Of a stretch of DNA of 41,310 nucleotides, positions 14,551 through 24,241 are shown one piece after another. Source of the stretch: a virus; the IMG/VR virus record IMGVR_UViG_3300045988_126245, positions 1-41,310 of that record. One strand, given 5' to 3'. Made by a program: the position numbers and the translations under genes. The notes under the pieces are model-generated. The model was not told where the DNA came from. It ran no database searches and saw only the letters and a list, made by a program, of their open reading frames with translations. The stretch's first letter is position 1. The number at the start of each line of letters is the position of its first letter.

Positions 14551-14948
14551 AGGAGCCAAGGATATTAAACCTCACGAAAGATTACCACAGCAAGACGATG
14601 CTGGTCACGCTGTACTATCCCTGTGAGGAAATAGGCCAAAAGACGCACCGCATCCGCAGCCTCATGCGGGATGTGTTCATGGACGGCCCGATTCCAGGCA
14701 TGTGTGTCAAGAACAAGAACGGGGACTGGCAAACAAACTCTCGCCAGAACCTGATGTATTGCCCCAGCAAAAGCCTGTCTCCCAGCGTCAGAATTCCAGT
14801 GAAAAAGGTAAGTAGGGAGGGAGTCGTAGAAATTTACGCTTCCATTACCGATGCCGCACAAGCCAACTTCCTCACCACAAGTGGGGTGCGGTACCGGATC
14901 AGAAACCACGTCCAGGACAACGGGTGTTGGTTTGAATACGACAAATAG
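14445..14948 (+). CDS. NUMOD4 / HNH_3-type homing-endonuclease-like protein.
   Basis: ATG after aaaaggaggacaact. Starts MEEWRPIPGTGGRYDLSSEGRVR. The HNH-like segment reads VKNKNGDWQTNSRQNL, so the usual first His appears replaced. The C-terminus has a NUMOD1-like HTH. Confidence 0.72.
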   Translation: MEEWRPIPGTGGRYDLSSEGRVRAWFHCRDATIPIKEPRILNLTKDYHSKTMLVTLYYPCEEIGQKTHRIRSLMRDVFMDGPIPGMCVKNKNGDWQTNSRQNLMYCPSKSLSPSVRIPVKKVSREGVVEIYASITDAAQANFLTTSGVRYRIRNHVQDNGCWFEYDK

Positions 14949-14950
14949 AA

Positions 14951-14985
14951 AGAAGGGACCGGGTCGCCGGTCCCTTCTCGTTTTC
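14951..14985. terminator. Bidirectional terminator between the convergent early and late operons.
   Basis: 12-bp stem agaagggaccgg / ccggtcccttct with loop gtcg. Flanked by an A-run on one side and a T-run on the other. Confidence 0.75.
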
Positions 14986-17900
14986 TCAGGATGGGTAGCC
15001 GCCGTTGGCCACCATTTGACTCCAGGACGCCTCCCAAGGCCCCTGAACTCTCTGGGCACTGATGTATTCGTACATAGCCTTTCTTTCCGCGTCTGTTGCC
15101 CCCTCCACCGACATAATGGCCCGATAGGTCTTGTATCGGGAGGAGGTTCCATACTTCGCTGTGGCGCTCTGGAACGCGGTCTGGTGGTCCGAGGAGACGG
15201 TGGCGTCGAACACTTTCTTTGCCGCCTGGGTACGCTGATAAACAGGTCCCATTGCAGCGGAAAACTCCGCCCATGTCTTGGTAGCGTCCGAATCCTTCCA
15301 GGCGTTGTAATACTTCTCCTGTTCTGCCGGATCGTCGCTTGCATTCAGGATACCAGTGTACAGTTCCATGCTGTTGTAGCTGGTGTTCCCGTCCGTGTCG
15401 GCCGCCTTCTTCTGCGTGAGAACATTCTGTACCTCTTCGTCAGAGAATCCGGCGTCTTTTGCCTTGTGGTAACTGCCGGAATCTGCGCGATGCCCTGTAG
15501 AGAAGAAAATGTTGTCCTTCACATACTGCTTCTGCTGATATGTCAGGTCTGTCCGAGAATCCACATAATCCTCCCACCGGCCCTGCTTGATCCCGGCGTC
15601 CGCGTCATCATCGGCGTTGTCAATCGAGGATTTATAGGAGTACAGTTCCACGAACTTTCCGGGGTCCATACCGACCTCTTCCTGTGCCTTGCTGGCCGCT
15701 CGAATCCACCGGTCAGAATCTTCCAAGTTCGCGCCAGCAGCTACCTTGCCCATGTCAGAAGCATAGGTATAGACGCGATCAATGAATTTCGCCTTCTGCT
15801 CGTCGGTCATGTTGTTGTACGCATCCGTTCCGACGAAACCAGAAAGGATGTCATAGGCAGTCTGGCCTCTGGTCCGTTGCAGGTTCGTGTATTCCTCGCC
15901 CGTCAGGTACTCGTCGTTGATCTTCGTGCTGGTCTGCGCTCTCGACGGGAACACACCTTCGTAACCTTCGCCCAGATCATACAGGCGCTGAAGCTCATTT
16001 TCCAGGGCGGAGGTTTGCCGTTCAGACACATAGGCCGGGTTCAGGAAGTTGTTCAAAGCACGGATCAAGGGATTGTCCCCTGTGCTCTCCGTCCGTCCCC
16101 AGGCGTCGATGTAATCCTGCTGCTGGAACTCTACGCCAGGAATCTTGTTTGCCCATCGGCCCAGAAGCATCTGGAAGCTGTTGGGAATCCAGGAGTCCCG
16201 GTCAATATAGGTGGTCTGCCTGGTATCCTCCATGGTCCGTTCAATCTGCCCACCGATAGTGGGAAGGAACTGCCCCAGGTAGGAAGTCAAGGCGTTCACC
16301 GCCAGGGAGGCAAAGCCGTTGTCACTGTAACGGATATCGTCGATCATGTCGTTCAGCGACTGAAGCATGGACATCTCCAGCATGGGGTCTGCAATTCGTC
16401 CAAGTGCGTCCCAAACCTCTTCAAGAGGTCGGACGTCGTCTCCGGCCTCTTTCCGGTCAGCTAAATTGTTGAACAGTTCAACGCCGACAAAGAACGGAAG
16501 AGCTTCCGGGGCCAGCCAATCCAAAGTGAAGGAGTAGTCTCCGATGTTCAGGGCGTACTGCTGGCCGCCTTGCAGATCATTGAAGTCGTCCTGCTTTTCA
16601 TCCCCAGAACCGCCGCCAGAAATTAACCCCTGAGAGGCCAGAAGCGCACCAAACGCAGTGAGTCCCGTGCCCACAAGACCAGCAGACAGGTGGTCAATGG
16701 CTTCCGCTGCCGTCATGTTTCCACGCTGCACCTGTGCCAGGTCATAACTGAGCGCCTTGCCAAGGCCAACAGGGGAATACTCCACGGCGCGAAGGGCAAT
16801 GTTTGCAGGGGTTTTCTTGAAGGGAAGAACGCCCTCTACCAGATAGCCGATGGCCCGATCCACCTTGTTCTCGCTGTTCTGCAAGCGCCCAGACCTGGTA
16901 ATGAACTCAGAAAAAGCGTTCATATCCCGGTAAGTCGCCTGCTGGGCTTCCCGGATGGCAAATTCCTGGGCGGCCTGCTTCTTGGTAGCGTCAAAGGTCT
17001 CCGACATGAAGTCCTCGGAAGAAATGTTGTTGGCCTTCATGTACTGAGCTAGAGCTTCCGCATAAGCCGGACGGGAGAACCACATATCTTCCGCATCCAG
17101 CGCCGCGGAATTTGCCCGCCGCATAGCCTCCAAAGGCTTTGCCCGGAAAATGGTCCGGTACTGGTCAATGGCCGTTTCCAGGTCGTCGTACTTAGTAGAC
17201 TGCCGGATCAAGGGCTCCACGTTTTTGAAGTCATCCCAGCCCACTTGCAGCCTGGCTCTGTCATCGGCACTGGCAATGTTCAGCACGGAACGGGTCCGGT
17301 CCTTTACTCCGCCGATACCCTGAATGGTACCAGACAGCGCGTTCTTCATCATCCGAATGGGCATAAAGCCCATGTTCCCCAGGATGTTCCGAATGTGCGT
17401 TCTCGGGTTGCCCAACATGGAAAGATAGCGCCAGGAATTGAACTTGTCCTTCCAGGTAGCAGGCACCTTGGAGGCGATATCCCGGTAAATCAGATCCTGA
17501 ATACGGGCACGGTCCTCAGCAGTCTCTGCTTCCATGAACTGCTGCGCCAGGTCGGGGTCAATCTCGATCCCTTCATAATCCGGCAAGCCAGTTTCCTTGT
17601 CCACTTTAGCCCGGCTCCGGATTTGCTGGTCCAGATTCTCTACCTGTTTGGACATAGCGTAAAGCTGTCCAGACGGGGACATCTTGTTGATAAGGTTAAA
17701 GGCTTGGAGAGACTGGCCCAGAGCCTTGCCATAACTCACCATCTCCGAGGCAATGTCCATGGCCGTGATGGCGTCCCCGCTGTTCACCGCGTTGTTGTAC
17801 AAGGTGATGCCCAGGGCGGAGAGGTCCTTGTTGAACCGGCCCGCCTTCATGTCAGACATCCAGTCCTCTTTGGCCCGCTGGAATCCCTTGTCCTGAATGG

Positions 17901-20900
17901 TCTGCTCCGCTCGGTTGGTGGCTCGCTGGTCCGAGTAGGCCATCCGGGAAAACTGCCCGCTGGCCAGCGCGTCTTCCATCTGCTGGGCAAATTCATTGGG
18001 GGTGATGTTGGCGTTGAGCAGGGTGGACGCCGTCTTGCTGGTCAGCCTGCCCTGGGGGTTCACCCGGGGCACTTCCGACGGGGCCCGGCCTCGGTTCTCC
18101 ATGGTGGCCTCCGCCGCCTGCCGATTCACAGGATGGAATCCACTCTCCGGCGTCTCAGCCTGCCAGTTGGCAAACTGTCCTGCGCCGCCCACGGACATGG
18201 CCCCCCGGCCCTCTGGCAACTCGGGATTGACAGTTGCGCCCTCTTCTTGTATAATATTAGTAGAAGGCGAAACTGTGTCGCCGGAGTTGCCTTGACGGGC
18301 GCCGGTCCAGAACGACACGGGGTCGCCTTCCTCGTTTGTCAGGACAACCTCGTGCAGATAGTACCGGCCCGCCGTGTCAGTGCTGTTGTCATCTCTCCGC
18401 ACCACCACGCCGACATCATAGTCTTCTCCGTTGATCTTTACACGACCGCCAATGGTGACAGAGCCATACCCCCGGTCCTTCCAGTCCGTCTGCTCGTCAA
18501 TGATTTGACCGTCCTCAATGACGGTGGGGACGGCGGCAAAGGTGATCGCCTTGTTCCGGCCAATCCCGTGGGCCACCGAGGTTCTGGCACCTCTTCGAGT
18601 CAGGGCAACGTCCCCGAACCCAAGTCTGGTCACGCGGTTTCCGAGAGACCGGAAGAAGTCCGACACCTGGTCGCTCAGTCTGCGGGAGCGGTCGGAAAAC
18701 TCGTTCCCGGTCAACTCCATCAGCACACCGCCGTCTGCGATCGTGTCCCGGTTGTTCCGAATCACGTCCACCACACTATGGTTGACGCGGTTGCTTTCGT
18801 TTGCTACACTATCAAGAGATGGCGACGTTGCGTCGCTGGGGTAGCCTGCAAGGGTCCTGGTCTCGATCGGCGCAACACCGCCAACCTCCCCAGTCGCACC
18901 TGCATTTCCTGTGGGTTGCGCCTGGGGATTTTCTTCGCCCATTCGCGTCTCCCACTCCTGCCGAAGCTGCTCCTCCGTCACCTCCCCGGCATCCATGGCC
19001 AGTGCATTCTGCCGCAGATAGTGCTCAAAGGAATCCCTTGTCACCGCCCCCGGAATGGCCTCCTTTGCTTGAAGATAGGCTTCATTGGGACCCACCCGCT
19101 GGTCCGGGTTCCCCAGGGCCTCGTTGGGGGTGTATCCCTCCGAAAGCATCTGGCCCAGGATCAGTTCCACCTTCTTGGCGGCGGCGTAGTTCTCCTGCCC
19201 CCGGTCTGCAATGATGTCCTGGCACACCTGGATGATCTCCTGGCGGGATAGGCCCAGGTCCGCCGCCCGCTCCAGAGCCTCGGAGTATCTGGCCACCGTC
19301 CCCCTGCCCTTCTGGTTGCTCTGGGTTTCCAGGCTCCAGTTGGCGTCCTCCATCAGAGCCTGGGCCGCCTGGACATAGTAGGGGTGCAGCTGGGGATAGT
19401 CAAACTGGAAGGCTTTGACGGACCGGTTTCCCACATCCTCGGTGGTCCGGTTGTCGATATGGTTTTCCGGGGTGTTGTAGTCTGTGGAAACCTCCCCGGA
19501 CTCTACCCGCCGGGCCTGGAGGATCCCGTTGTACTCATTCTGGATCTCATCCAGTTCCAACCGCAGCGCCTGGTAATTCTCAGGCGTTTGCAGAGACGGG
19601 TCCTCCGCTGCGGCCCGGGCCCGCTGCATATAGTCCCGGTACCGCTGCTGGTATCTGGCTTCCCGTTCCGCCAGGGTTTGAGGCGCTTCCTGTGCGGGGG
19701 CCGTATCTGCCTCCCGTCTGGCGTTCCGCTCAGCGGCAGCCTGTTTCACCACCTGATTGAGGACCGACTGGGGCCCCTGGGGTTCCTCCGGCTCCGTTCT
19801 CGCCGCCTGCTCCCGTTCCCGTCGGGTCTCCTGGATAGTCTGGAGCAGAGGGTTCTCTGAGGCGCTCGGCATTTGCGCCTGGGTCTCCCGGGTGACCTCC
19901 TGCACCGCCCGTCTAGCTGCGTCCTGCGCGGCGGCAGTCCCTCCTCTGGTTCTTCCCCTGGCAGCCGTGGTCCCGCCCGAAAGCGCGGACGCGCCGCCGC
20001 CCAATGCCCCGCCGGTAAGGGCACCCACAGCCGCCCCTTCCAACAGGTCTTGCAGAGAAAATTCCGCCTCCGGGTCCCTGGCCGCCACGTCGGCGGCATA
20101 GTTCAGGGCATAGGATGCCGACTCCTCCGTGGCCTCAATGCCCGCCTGGCGGGCCATGTTCCGCAGCCAAGAAGCGCCGCCGGAACCCCTAGCAATGCGC
20201 AGCAGGTTCCCGATGGGTATTTTCTCCGTGACCCCCTCAATGGCACCGGAGACAAGGCCGCGCCCAAGGGCCTCCGTGGCAGAGGTCCCCCTGGACAGCA
20301 GTTCTCCGGCCTTGCCACCGGCGGCCTGGGCACCCATCAGCGCGGCACCTGCAGCAGGACCGGCCACGGCGGAAAGGCCCAGGGCCGGGGCCATCCCCAG
20401 AGCAGACATGGCGGCCTGGTTTACCAGCCGCCCAAAGGGGCTGTCGATGCTGTTCTGCACCGTCTCCTGCTGCTGGGCCGCCTGACGAAGCCGCCATTGC
20501 CCCTCCGACCAGGGATGCACTTCCTCCTTGGCCCGGAGTTGTTCTACCATCTCCCGGGCCTTCTGGGCGTTCTCTTCCGCCTGCTTCCGGGCATCCTCTG
20601 TCTGGGCCGTTCTGGCCTGCCTGTCCCAGTAAGCGGCGGCATCCTGATTGCTCTGGTATGCTGTATTGTTCCGGTTACTGATGGCCTCCCGCGTGGCGGC
20701 ATGGGCCGCCTCACCGAGGCTGAGGAGGGATCCTGTAATCTGATTCCAAATGGCGGGAAAGAAGTTCCTCTGCCCCTCTGCCTCAAGCTCCGTGGGGGTG
20801 TAAATCGGCCGCCCGTGGGCGTCGGTGCGTTTCACGGTGGGTTCCTTGGATTTCGCTGCCCGCAATCCTTCTTCGCTGAGAAGATCTCGGTTTTCCCGGA

Positions 20901-21789
20901 CAGCTTTTCCCATAGCGGTTGCCTGCTCTATTAGTTCCTGATTATCGGATTTTTGGCCAATGGAATAAAGCAGTTTCGCCGTGCGAAGTGCCTTTTTCCC
21001 TTGGATGCTCAAGTTTTCGTTTTCTTCAACAGTTAGTTCAGGCAAGATTCTGTGTTCGCCGCTGTCACCGCCGGAATACCCGGCTATGGCACGGTAATAT
21101 TCGGCCATGAGGTGGGCCTCTTCTTGAAGCGTCTTCCCCTCCTCTTCCATCCCTTGACGAATCAGTTCTGTTCCCTCGTCGTACTGGGCTTTGGCATCCC
21201 TGATCGCCATCCGGGCCGTAGTACCAAGCCTTTGGTCAGAAGAGGAGAGGGGATTGGTGAGGTCTTCAAGCTCCTGCTGATACGATATCCTCGCCCGCCG
21301 GTCCGTGGTTCGACTTATCTTTTCTTGAAGAGACCGGATCCTATCCTCGCGCTTCTTTTGCTCTCTGGCCCGCACCTCCTGGTTCTTCCGCTCGTTCTCC
21401 TCCATCCCGGCAAGGCCGCCGGGGAGGGTGGCATCTGCCCTGGAACGCAGCTCTTCCAGCTGTTGCTGGTACCGCTTCCGAGCATTGCTGTCCGTGGTAC
21501 TGCTGATCTTCTCCTGGAGTTTCTTAGACTGGGTGTCATATAAGGTCTTACCGAACTGAGCCCCGTAGGAATTCTGCTTCTTCTGGGTGTTTTTCCTGGT
21601 CTGGTAGTCTTGGTAAAAGTTCCCGGTGAAAACTCCGTTGTTTTTGGAGTTGGACGAACTGGAAAAGGGTTTCTTGCTAGAACTGGACGAACTTCCCTTG
21701 TTGTTCCCCTTGTTCTTGTTCGCCTGGCCAACGGTGTTTTGGAGCCATTCGTCCGGGGTCATCACACCAAGTTTCATGTTCAACGGCAA
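14986..21789 (-). CDS. Giant (2267 aa) putative internal virion / ejection, polyvalent-type protein.
   Basis: Uninterrupted ORF, TTG start 6 nt after GGAGGG. It is the last gene of the late operon. It has an S/N-rich N-terminus, duplicated coiled-coil motifs, Gly/Ala-rich hydrophobic segments and large alpha-helical C-terminal regions. Confidence 0.9.
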   Translation of the reverse strand: MPLNMKLGVMTPDEWLQNTVGQANKNKGNNKGSSSSSSKKPFSSSSNSKNNGVFTGNFYQDYQTRKNTQKKQNSYGAQFGKTLYDTQSKKLQEKISSTTDSNARKRYQQQLEELRSRADATLPGGLAGMEENERKNQEVRAREQKKREDRIRSLQEKISRTTDRRARISYQQELEDLTNPLSSSDQRLGTTARMAIRDAKAQYDEGTELIRQGMEEEGKTLQEEAHLMAEYYRAIAGYSGGDSGEHRILPELTVEENENLSIQGKKALRTAKLLYSIGQKSDNQELIEQATAMGKAVRENRDLLSEEGLRAAKSKEPTVKRTDAHGRPIYTPTELEAEGQRNFFPAIWNQITGSLLSLGEAAHAATREAISNRNNTAYQSNQDAAAYWDRQARTAQTEDARKQAEENAQKAREMVEQLRAKEEVHPWSEGQWRLRQAAQQQETVQNSIDSPFGRLVNQAAMSALGMAPALGLSAVAGPAAGAALMGAQAAGGKAGELLSRGTSATEALGRGLVSGAIEGVTEKIPIGNLLRIARGSGGASWLRNMARQAGIEATEESASYALNYAADVAARDPEAEFSLQDLLEGAAVGALTGGALGGGASALSGGTTAARGRTRGGTAAAQDAARRAVQEVTRETQAQMPSASENPLLQTIQETRREREQAARTEPEEPQGPQSVLNQVVKQAAAERNARREADTAPAQEAPQTLAEREARYQQRYRDYMQRARAAAEDPSLQTPENYQALRLELDEIQNEYNGILQARRVESGEVSTDYNTPENHIDNRTTEDVGNRSVKAFQFDYPQLHPYYVQAAQALMEDANWSLETQSNQKGRGTVARYSEALERAADLGLSRQEIIQVCQDIIADRGQENYAAAKKVELILGQMLSEGYTPNEALGNPDQRVGPNEAYLQAKEAIPGAVTRDSFEHYLRQNALAMDAGEVTEEQLRQEWETRMGEENPQAQPTGNAGATGEVGGVAPIETRTLAGYPSDATSPSLDSVANESNRVNHSVVDVIRNNRDTIADGGVLMELTGNEFSDRSRRLSDQVSDFFRSLGNRVTRLGFGDVALTRRGARTSVAHGIGRNKAITFAAVPTVIEDGQIIDEQTDWKDRGYGSVTIGGRVKINGEDYDVGVVVRRDDNSTDTAGRYYLHEVVLTNEEGDPVSFWTGARQGNSGDTVSPSTNIIQEEGATVNPELPEGRGAMSVGGAGQFANWQAETPESGFHPVNRQAAEATMENRGRAPSEVPRVNPQGRLTSKTASTLLNANITPNEFAQQMEDALASGQFSRMAYSDQRATNRAEQTIQDKGFQRAKEDWMSDMKAGRFNKDLSALGITLYNNAVNSGDAITAMDIASEMVSYGKALGQSLQAFNLINKMSPSGQLYAMSKQVENLDQQIRSRAKVDKETGLPDYEGIEIDPDLAQQFMEAETAEDRARIQDLIYRDIASKVPATWKDKFNSWRYLSMLGNPRTHIRNILGNMGFMPIRMMKNALSGTIQGIGGVKDRTRSVLNIASADDRARLQVGWDDFKNVEPLIRQSTKYDDLETAIDQYRTIFRAKPLEAMRRANSAALDAEDMWFSRPAYAEALAQYMKANNISSEDFMSETFDATKKQAAQEFAIREAQQATYRDMNAFSEFITRSGRLQNSENKVDRAIGYLVEGVLPFKKTPANIALRAVEYSPVGLGKALSYDLAQVQRGNMTAAEAIDHLSAGLVGTGLTAFGALLASQGLISGGGSGDEKQDDFNDLQGGQQYALNIGDYSFTLDWLAPEALPFFVGVELFNNLADRKEAGDDVRPLEEVWDALGRIADPMLEMSMLQSLNDMIDDIRYSDNGFASLAVNALTSYLGQFLPTIGGQIERTMEDTRQTTYIDRDSWIPNSFQMLLGRWANKIPGVEFQQQDYIDAWGRTESTGDNPLIRALNNFLNPAYVSERQTSALENELQRLYDLGEGYEGVFPSRAQTSTKINDEYLTGEEYTNLQRTRGQTAYDILSGFVGTDAYNNMTDEQKAKFIDRVYTYASDMGKVAAGANLEDSDRWIRAASKAQEEVGMDPGKFVELYSYKSSIDNADDDADAGIKQGRWEDYVDSRTDLTYQQKQYVKDNIFFSTGHRADSGSYHKAKDAGFSDEEVQNVLTQKKAADTDGNTSYNSMELYTGILNASDDPAEQEKYYNAWKDSDATKTWAEFSAAMGPVYQRTQAAKKVFDATVSSDHQTAFQSATAKYGTSSRYKTYRAIMSVEGATDAERKAMYEYISAQRVQGPWEASWSQMVANGGYPS

Positions 21790-21801
21790 GGGAATCCCTC
21801 C

Positions 21802-23229
21802 TTATGCGGTGGCATATGCGGCAAGGTTCGGGTTCATGGCCGCCCACGCCTTTCTCATCTGTTCCACCTGATCCTGGGAATACCCCAGGGCCAGGTACCC
21901 GGAGAAGTTGCCGAAGGCCGCCAGCGTCTCCGCCCGGTCCAGCAGTTCCTGGTAGTTCTGCTGGTCGGCGTTCTGGTTGAAGTCGGCGATATCCTGGTCC
22001 AGGTATGCCTGGTTCAGCCAGCGGTCGGTGTCCAGCTGGGCCTGGAGCTGGGCGGTGTCCACCACGCTCTGTGCCTGCTGCCGGTATTCCTCCAGCAGGG
22101 CGGCGGCTCTCTCGTACTCGTTGTTGGCGATGGCCTCCGCAATGGAGTTCTGATAGCTCACTTCCAACTGGTTCAGCTGGAGCTGCATGTCCGCAATGGC
22201 GTCTGCCTCGCCCCGGCGCAGGGAGCCCAGGTCATTTTGCAGCTGAGTGGAGAAAGCCAGGCTGGCCTGTCCATTCACCCCGGAACCCAGGCCCGTTGCG
22301 GCGGCATACTCATTCCACCGCAGCCTGTCCCGCTCCGACTGGGCGGCCACCGCGTTTCTCTGGTCCTGGTACTGCTGGGGGATCCCAGACATGGCGTGCT
22401 CAATTTCCAGCCGGGACTGGTCGTAGGCGTTCTGTAGCCCCGCAATGGCTGCATCCAGCGCAGCGTCGTATACGTCGTTAGTCGGATCAATCTGTGCCTC
22501 GTAGCTGGGCAGCGTCACGCTGGGCAGGCCTACGTTGGGCAGGTGCCCCTCCGGCAGTTCAATGGGCAGGTACATGGACCCGTCGCCGCCGCCGGAATAG
22601 CCGTACTTCTCCCGGATGGCCTGAGCCGCCGCGTGGAGCTGCTGCTTGAGGGCTTCGTCCCCACGCATGTTGGCCTGCTCCCAGGCCGCCTGGAGGGATT
22701 CAATTTTCGCCTTGTCGCTCTCCGAAAGCCCCTGGTCGTTCCAAGTGCCCATGGGAATGTAGTTCCCGTTGGCATCCACCGTACCGCTGGTGGCCCGGGA
22801 GGGAACCTTAATGGACCACAGCCCGTTGGTGGGGTTGTAGCTTGCCCCAGGGGTGTTGGGGTCCACCACCAGGTAATTGCCCCCGGCGGTGATGACGGTG
22901 TCGCCGATGTTGGTCCCCGCCGGGGCGTTTCCGCCTTCGGCCACGTTGACATACCGGCCCGTCTCATAGTACCCGCTGGGGGTGTTGTAGGCCCCGTTCC
23001 CCGTGGTTCCAGTGCCGGTACTTGGGGTGGTCACACTGCCGTTGCCCGTCTGGGTGGTGCTGGAAACCTGGCTCCCAGACGCAGAGGAAAGGGGAGCAAT
23101 GCTCCCGTTCGACCCCTGCGTGGCAAGCCCATTGGTGGTTCTGGCCGCAGCCGATGTGCCCCCGGCAGTCACCGGGGCATTGGTTACGTTCACCGCATTG
23201 GTGTTCTGTTTCGTAGTGGTCGTGGGCAT
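21802..23229 (-). CDS. Putative virion protein (475 aa) with a T/S/G-rich N-terminus and a Q-rich coiled-coil C-terminus.
   Basis: ORF track. RBS aagggggag. Position is in the late operon. Confidence 0.8.
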   Translation of the reverse strand: MPTTTTKQNTNAVNVTNAPVTAGGTSAAARTTNGLATQGSNGSIAPLSSASGSQVSSTTQTGNGSVTTPSTGTGTTGNGAYNTPSGYYETGRYVNVAEGGNAPAGTNIGDTVITAGGNYLVVDPNTPGASYNPTNGLWSIKVPSRATSGTVDANGNYIPMGTWNDQGLSESDKAKIESLQAAWEQANMRGDEALKQQLHAAAQAIREKYGYSGGGDGSMYLPIELPEGHLPNVGLPSVTLPSYEAQIDPTNDVYDAALDAAIAGLQNAYDQSRLEIEHAMSGIPQQYQDQRNAVAAQSERDRLRWNEYAAATGLGSGVNGQASLAFSTQLQNDLGSLRRGEADAIADMQLQLNQLEVSYQNSIAEAIANNEYERAAALLEEYRQQAQSVVDTAQLQAQLDTDRWLNQAYLDQDIADFNQNADQQNYQELLDRAETLAAFGNFSGYLALGYSQDQVEQMRKAWAAMNPNLAAYATA

Positions 23230-23249
23230 AACGCTCCCCCTTTTCTCAT

Positions 23250-23552
23250 TTAGTTTGTATGGCGAACCCGGTCAATCTTCTCCCGGAGTTCCGTTGCCCA
23301 GTCGCCGGAAGTGCTCATCAGAGCACCCCAGACGGTCCTCTGTTCCTCGGTCCCGTGGTTGCGGTCCAGGATCTTCTCCCCGCTGCGGCACAGGGTGTCG
23401 TAGTGCCCCAACTCTTGCCCGGCCAGGGAGAGAAACATGTCTCGGCCCTCCTGCTCCCCGCACTCTTTGGCGAGGCGGAGGTACTTCTGCGCATCGGTCA
23501 ATTCCTCCATGCAGAGCTTGTACCGCGCCACCAGAATGTCCATTGTCTCCAT
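23250..23552 (-). CDS. Hypothetical late protein (100 aa).
   Basis: ATG at 23552 after aaggaggcg. This is an internal start of ORF 23250-23603. Confidence 0.6.
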   Translation of the reverse strand: METMDILVARYKLCMEELTDAQKYLRLAKECGEQEGRDMFLSLAGQELGHYDTLCRSGEKILDRNHGTEEQRTVWGALMSTSGDWATELREKIDRVRHTN

Positions 23553-23556
23553 GCTC

Positions 23557-23871
23557 TCACGCCTCCTTGATGTATTGATACAGCTTGTCGAAGTCCGCCT
23601 CATTCATCTTGAAGTTGGAGATCTCCACCGGCCACTTCCCGCTGGCCTTCTCCTTGATGGCGGAATACACCTTGTCCACGTCTACCATGTCTCCGTCGAA
23701 CACCCCCAGCGCCTGGGCGATGGGGTTTTCCGGCAGCTCTTTTGCCTTTTGCTCGATGACCAGGGGTGCCCCTGCAGCGAACAGGATCCCTTTCCACTTC
23801 GGCATCACCGGCACAATTTCCCGGTCGATGAAGGCGGCGATCCCCCGCTTCACCTGTTCCATGGATTCCAT
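23557..23871 (-). CDS. Hypothetical late protein (104 aa).
   Basis: ORF track. RBS taaggaggga. Confidence 0.65.
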   Translation of the reverse strand: MESMEQVKRGIAAFIDREIVPVMPKWKGILFAAGAPLVIEQKAKELPENPIAQALGVFDGDMVDVDKVYSAIKEKASGKWPVEISNFKMNEADFDKLYQYIKEA

Positions 23872-23887
23872 CCTCGTCCCTCCTTAC

Positions 23888-23915
23888 AGAAAAGAAGGAA
23901 GGGGCAGGTTGCCCC
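23888..23915 (-). terminator. Weak intrinsic terminator or attenuator.
   Basis: Minus strand reads GGGGCA-ACC-TGCCCC followed by TTCCTTCTTTTCT. Confidence 0.4.
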
Positions 23916-23932
23916 GCCCCTCCCTGGTCGCC

Positions 23933-24199
23933 TCAAGCCGTGGCAGCGCCGCCGGTGGTGGGTGCGGTCCAGCTGTTGTACCGGTCCATGGGTTCAGGAC
24001 AGACACTGTCCTTGGGAATGACCACCTTGGTCAGGCTCTGCAGGCAGGCAATCTGCTGCTGGAGGCAGCCCACGGTGGAGGTCATGGTGCCGTTGAACAC
24101 CGCCTGCTGGCAGTTCACGGCGTTCTGCTCGTCCCGGTTGGCCTGGATCTTCTCGTTCACGGCGTTGATCTGGCGGTTCAGGTCCTTGTAAACCTCCAC
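23933..24199 (-). CDS. C-terminal coiled-coil / Cys-containing segment. It is in frame with 24242-24451 across a single TAG.
   Basis: No convincing RBS before the GTG at 24199. It shares the reading frame of the upstream ORF. See findings. Confidence 0.45.
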   Translation of the reverse strand: MEVYKDLNRQINAVNEKIQANRDEQNAVNCQQAVFNGTMTSTVGCLQQQIACLQSLTKVVIPKDSVCPEPMDRYNSWTAPTTGGAATA

Positions 24200-24241
24200 C
24201 AGACGCTCGTCGGTGTACCGCTCAGACTTGAGCAGGGCAAT

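Noticed and set aside
14851-16464. Very long ORFs antisense to real genes: 14851-16464 (537 aa), 17245-19251 (668 aa), 26080-27675 (531 aa), 29906-31915 (669 aa) and 36242-38095 (617 aa).
   Set aside because: They lie opposite strongly supported structural genes. They have Arg/Gly/Pro/Leu/Val-heavy compositions typical of mirror frames in GC-rich DNA. They lack RBSs and recognisable motifs.
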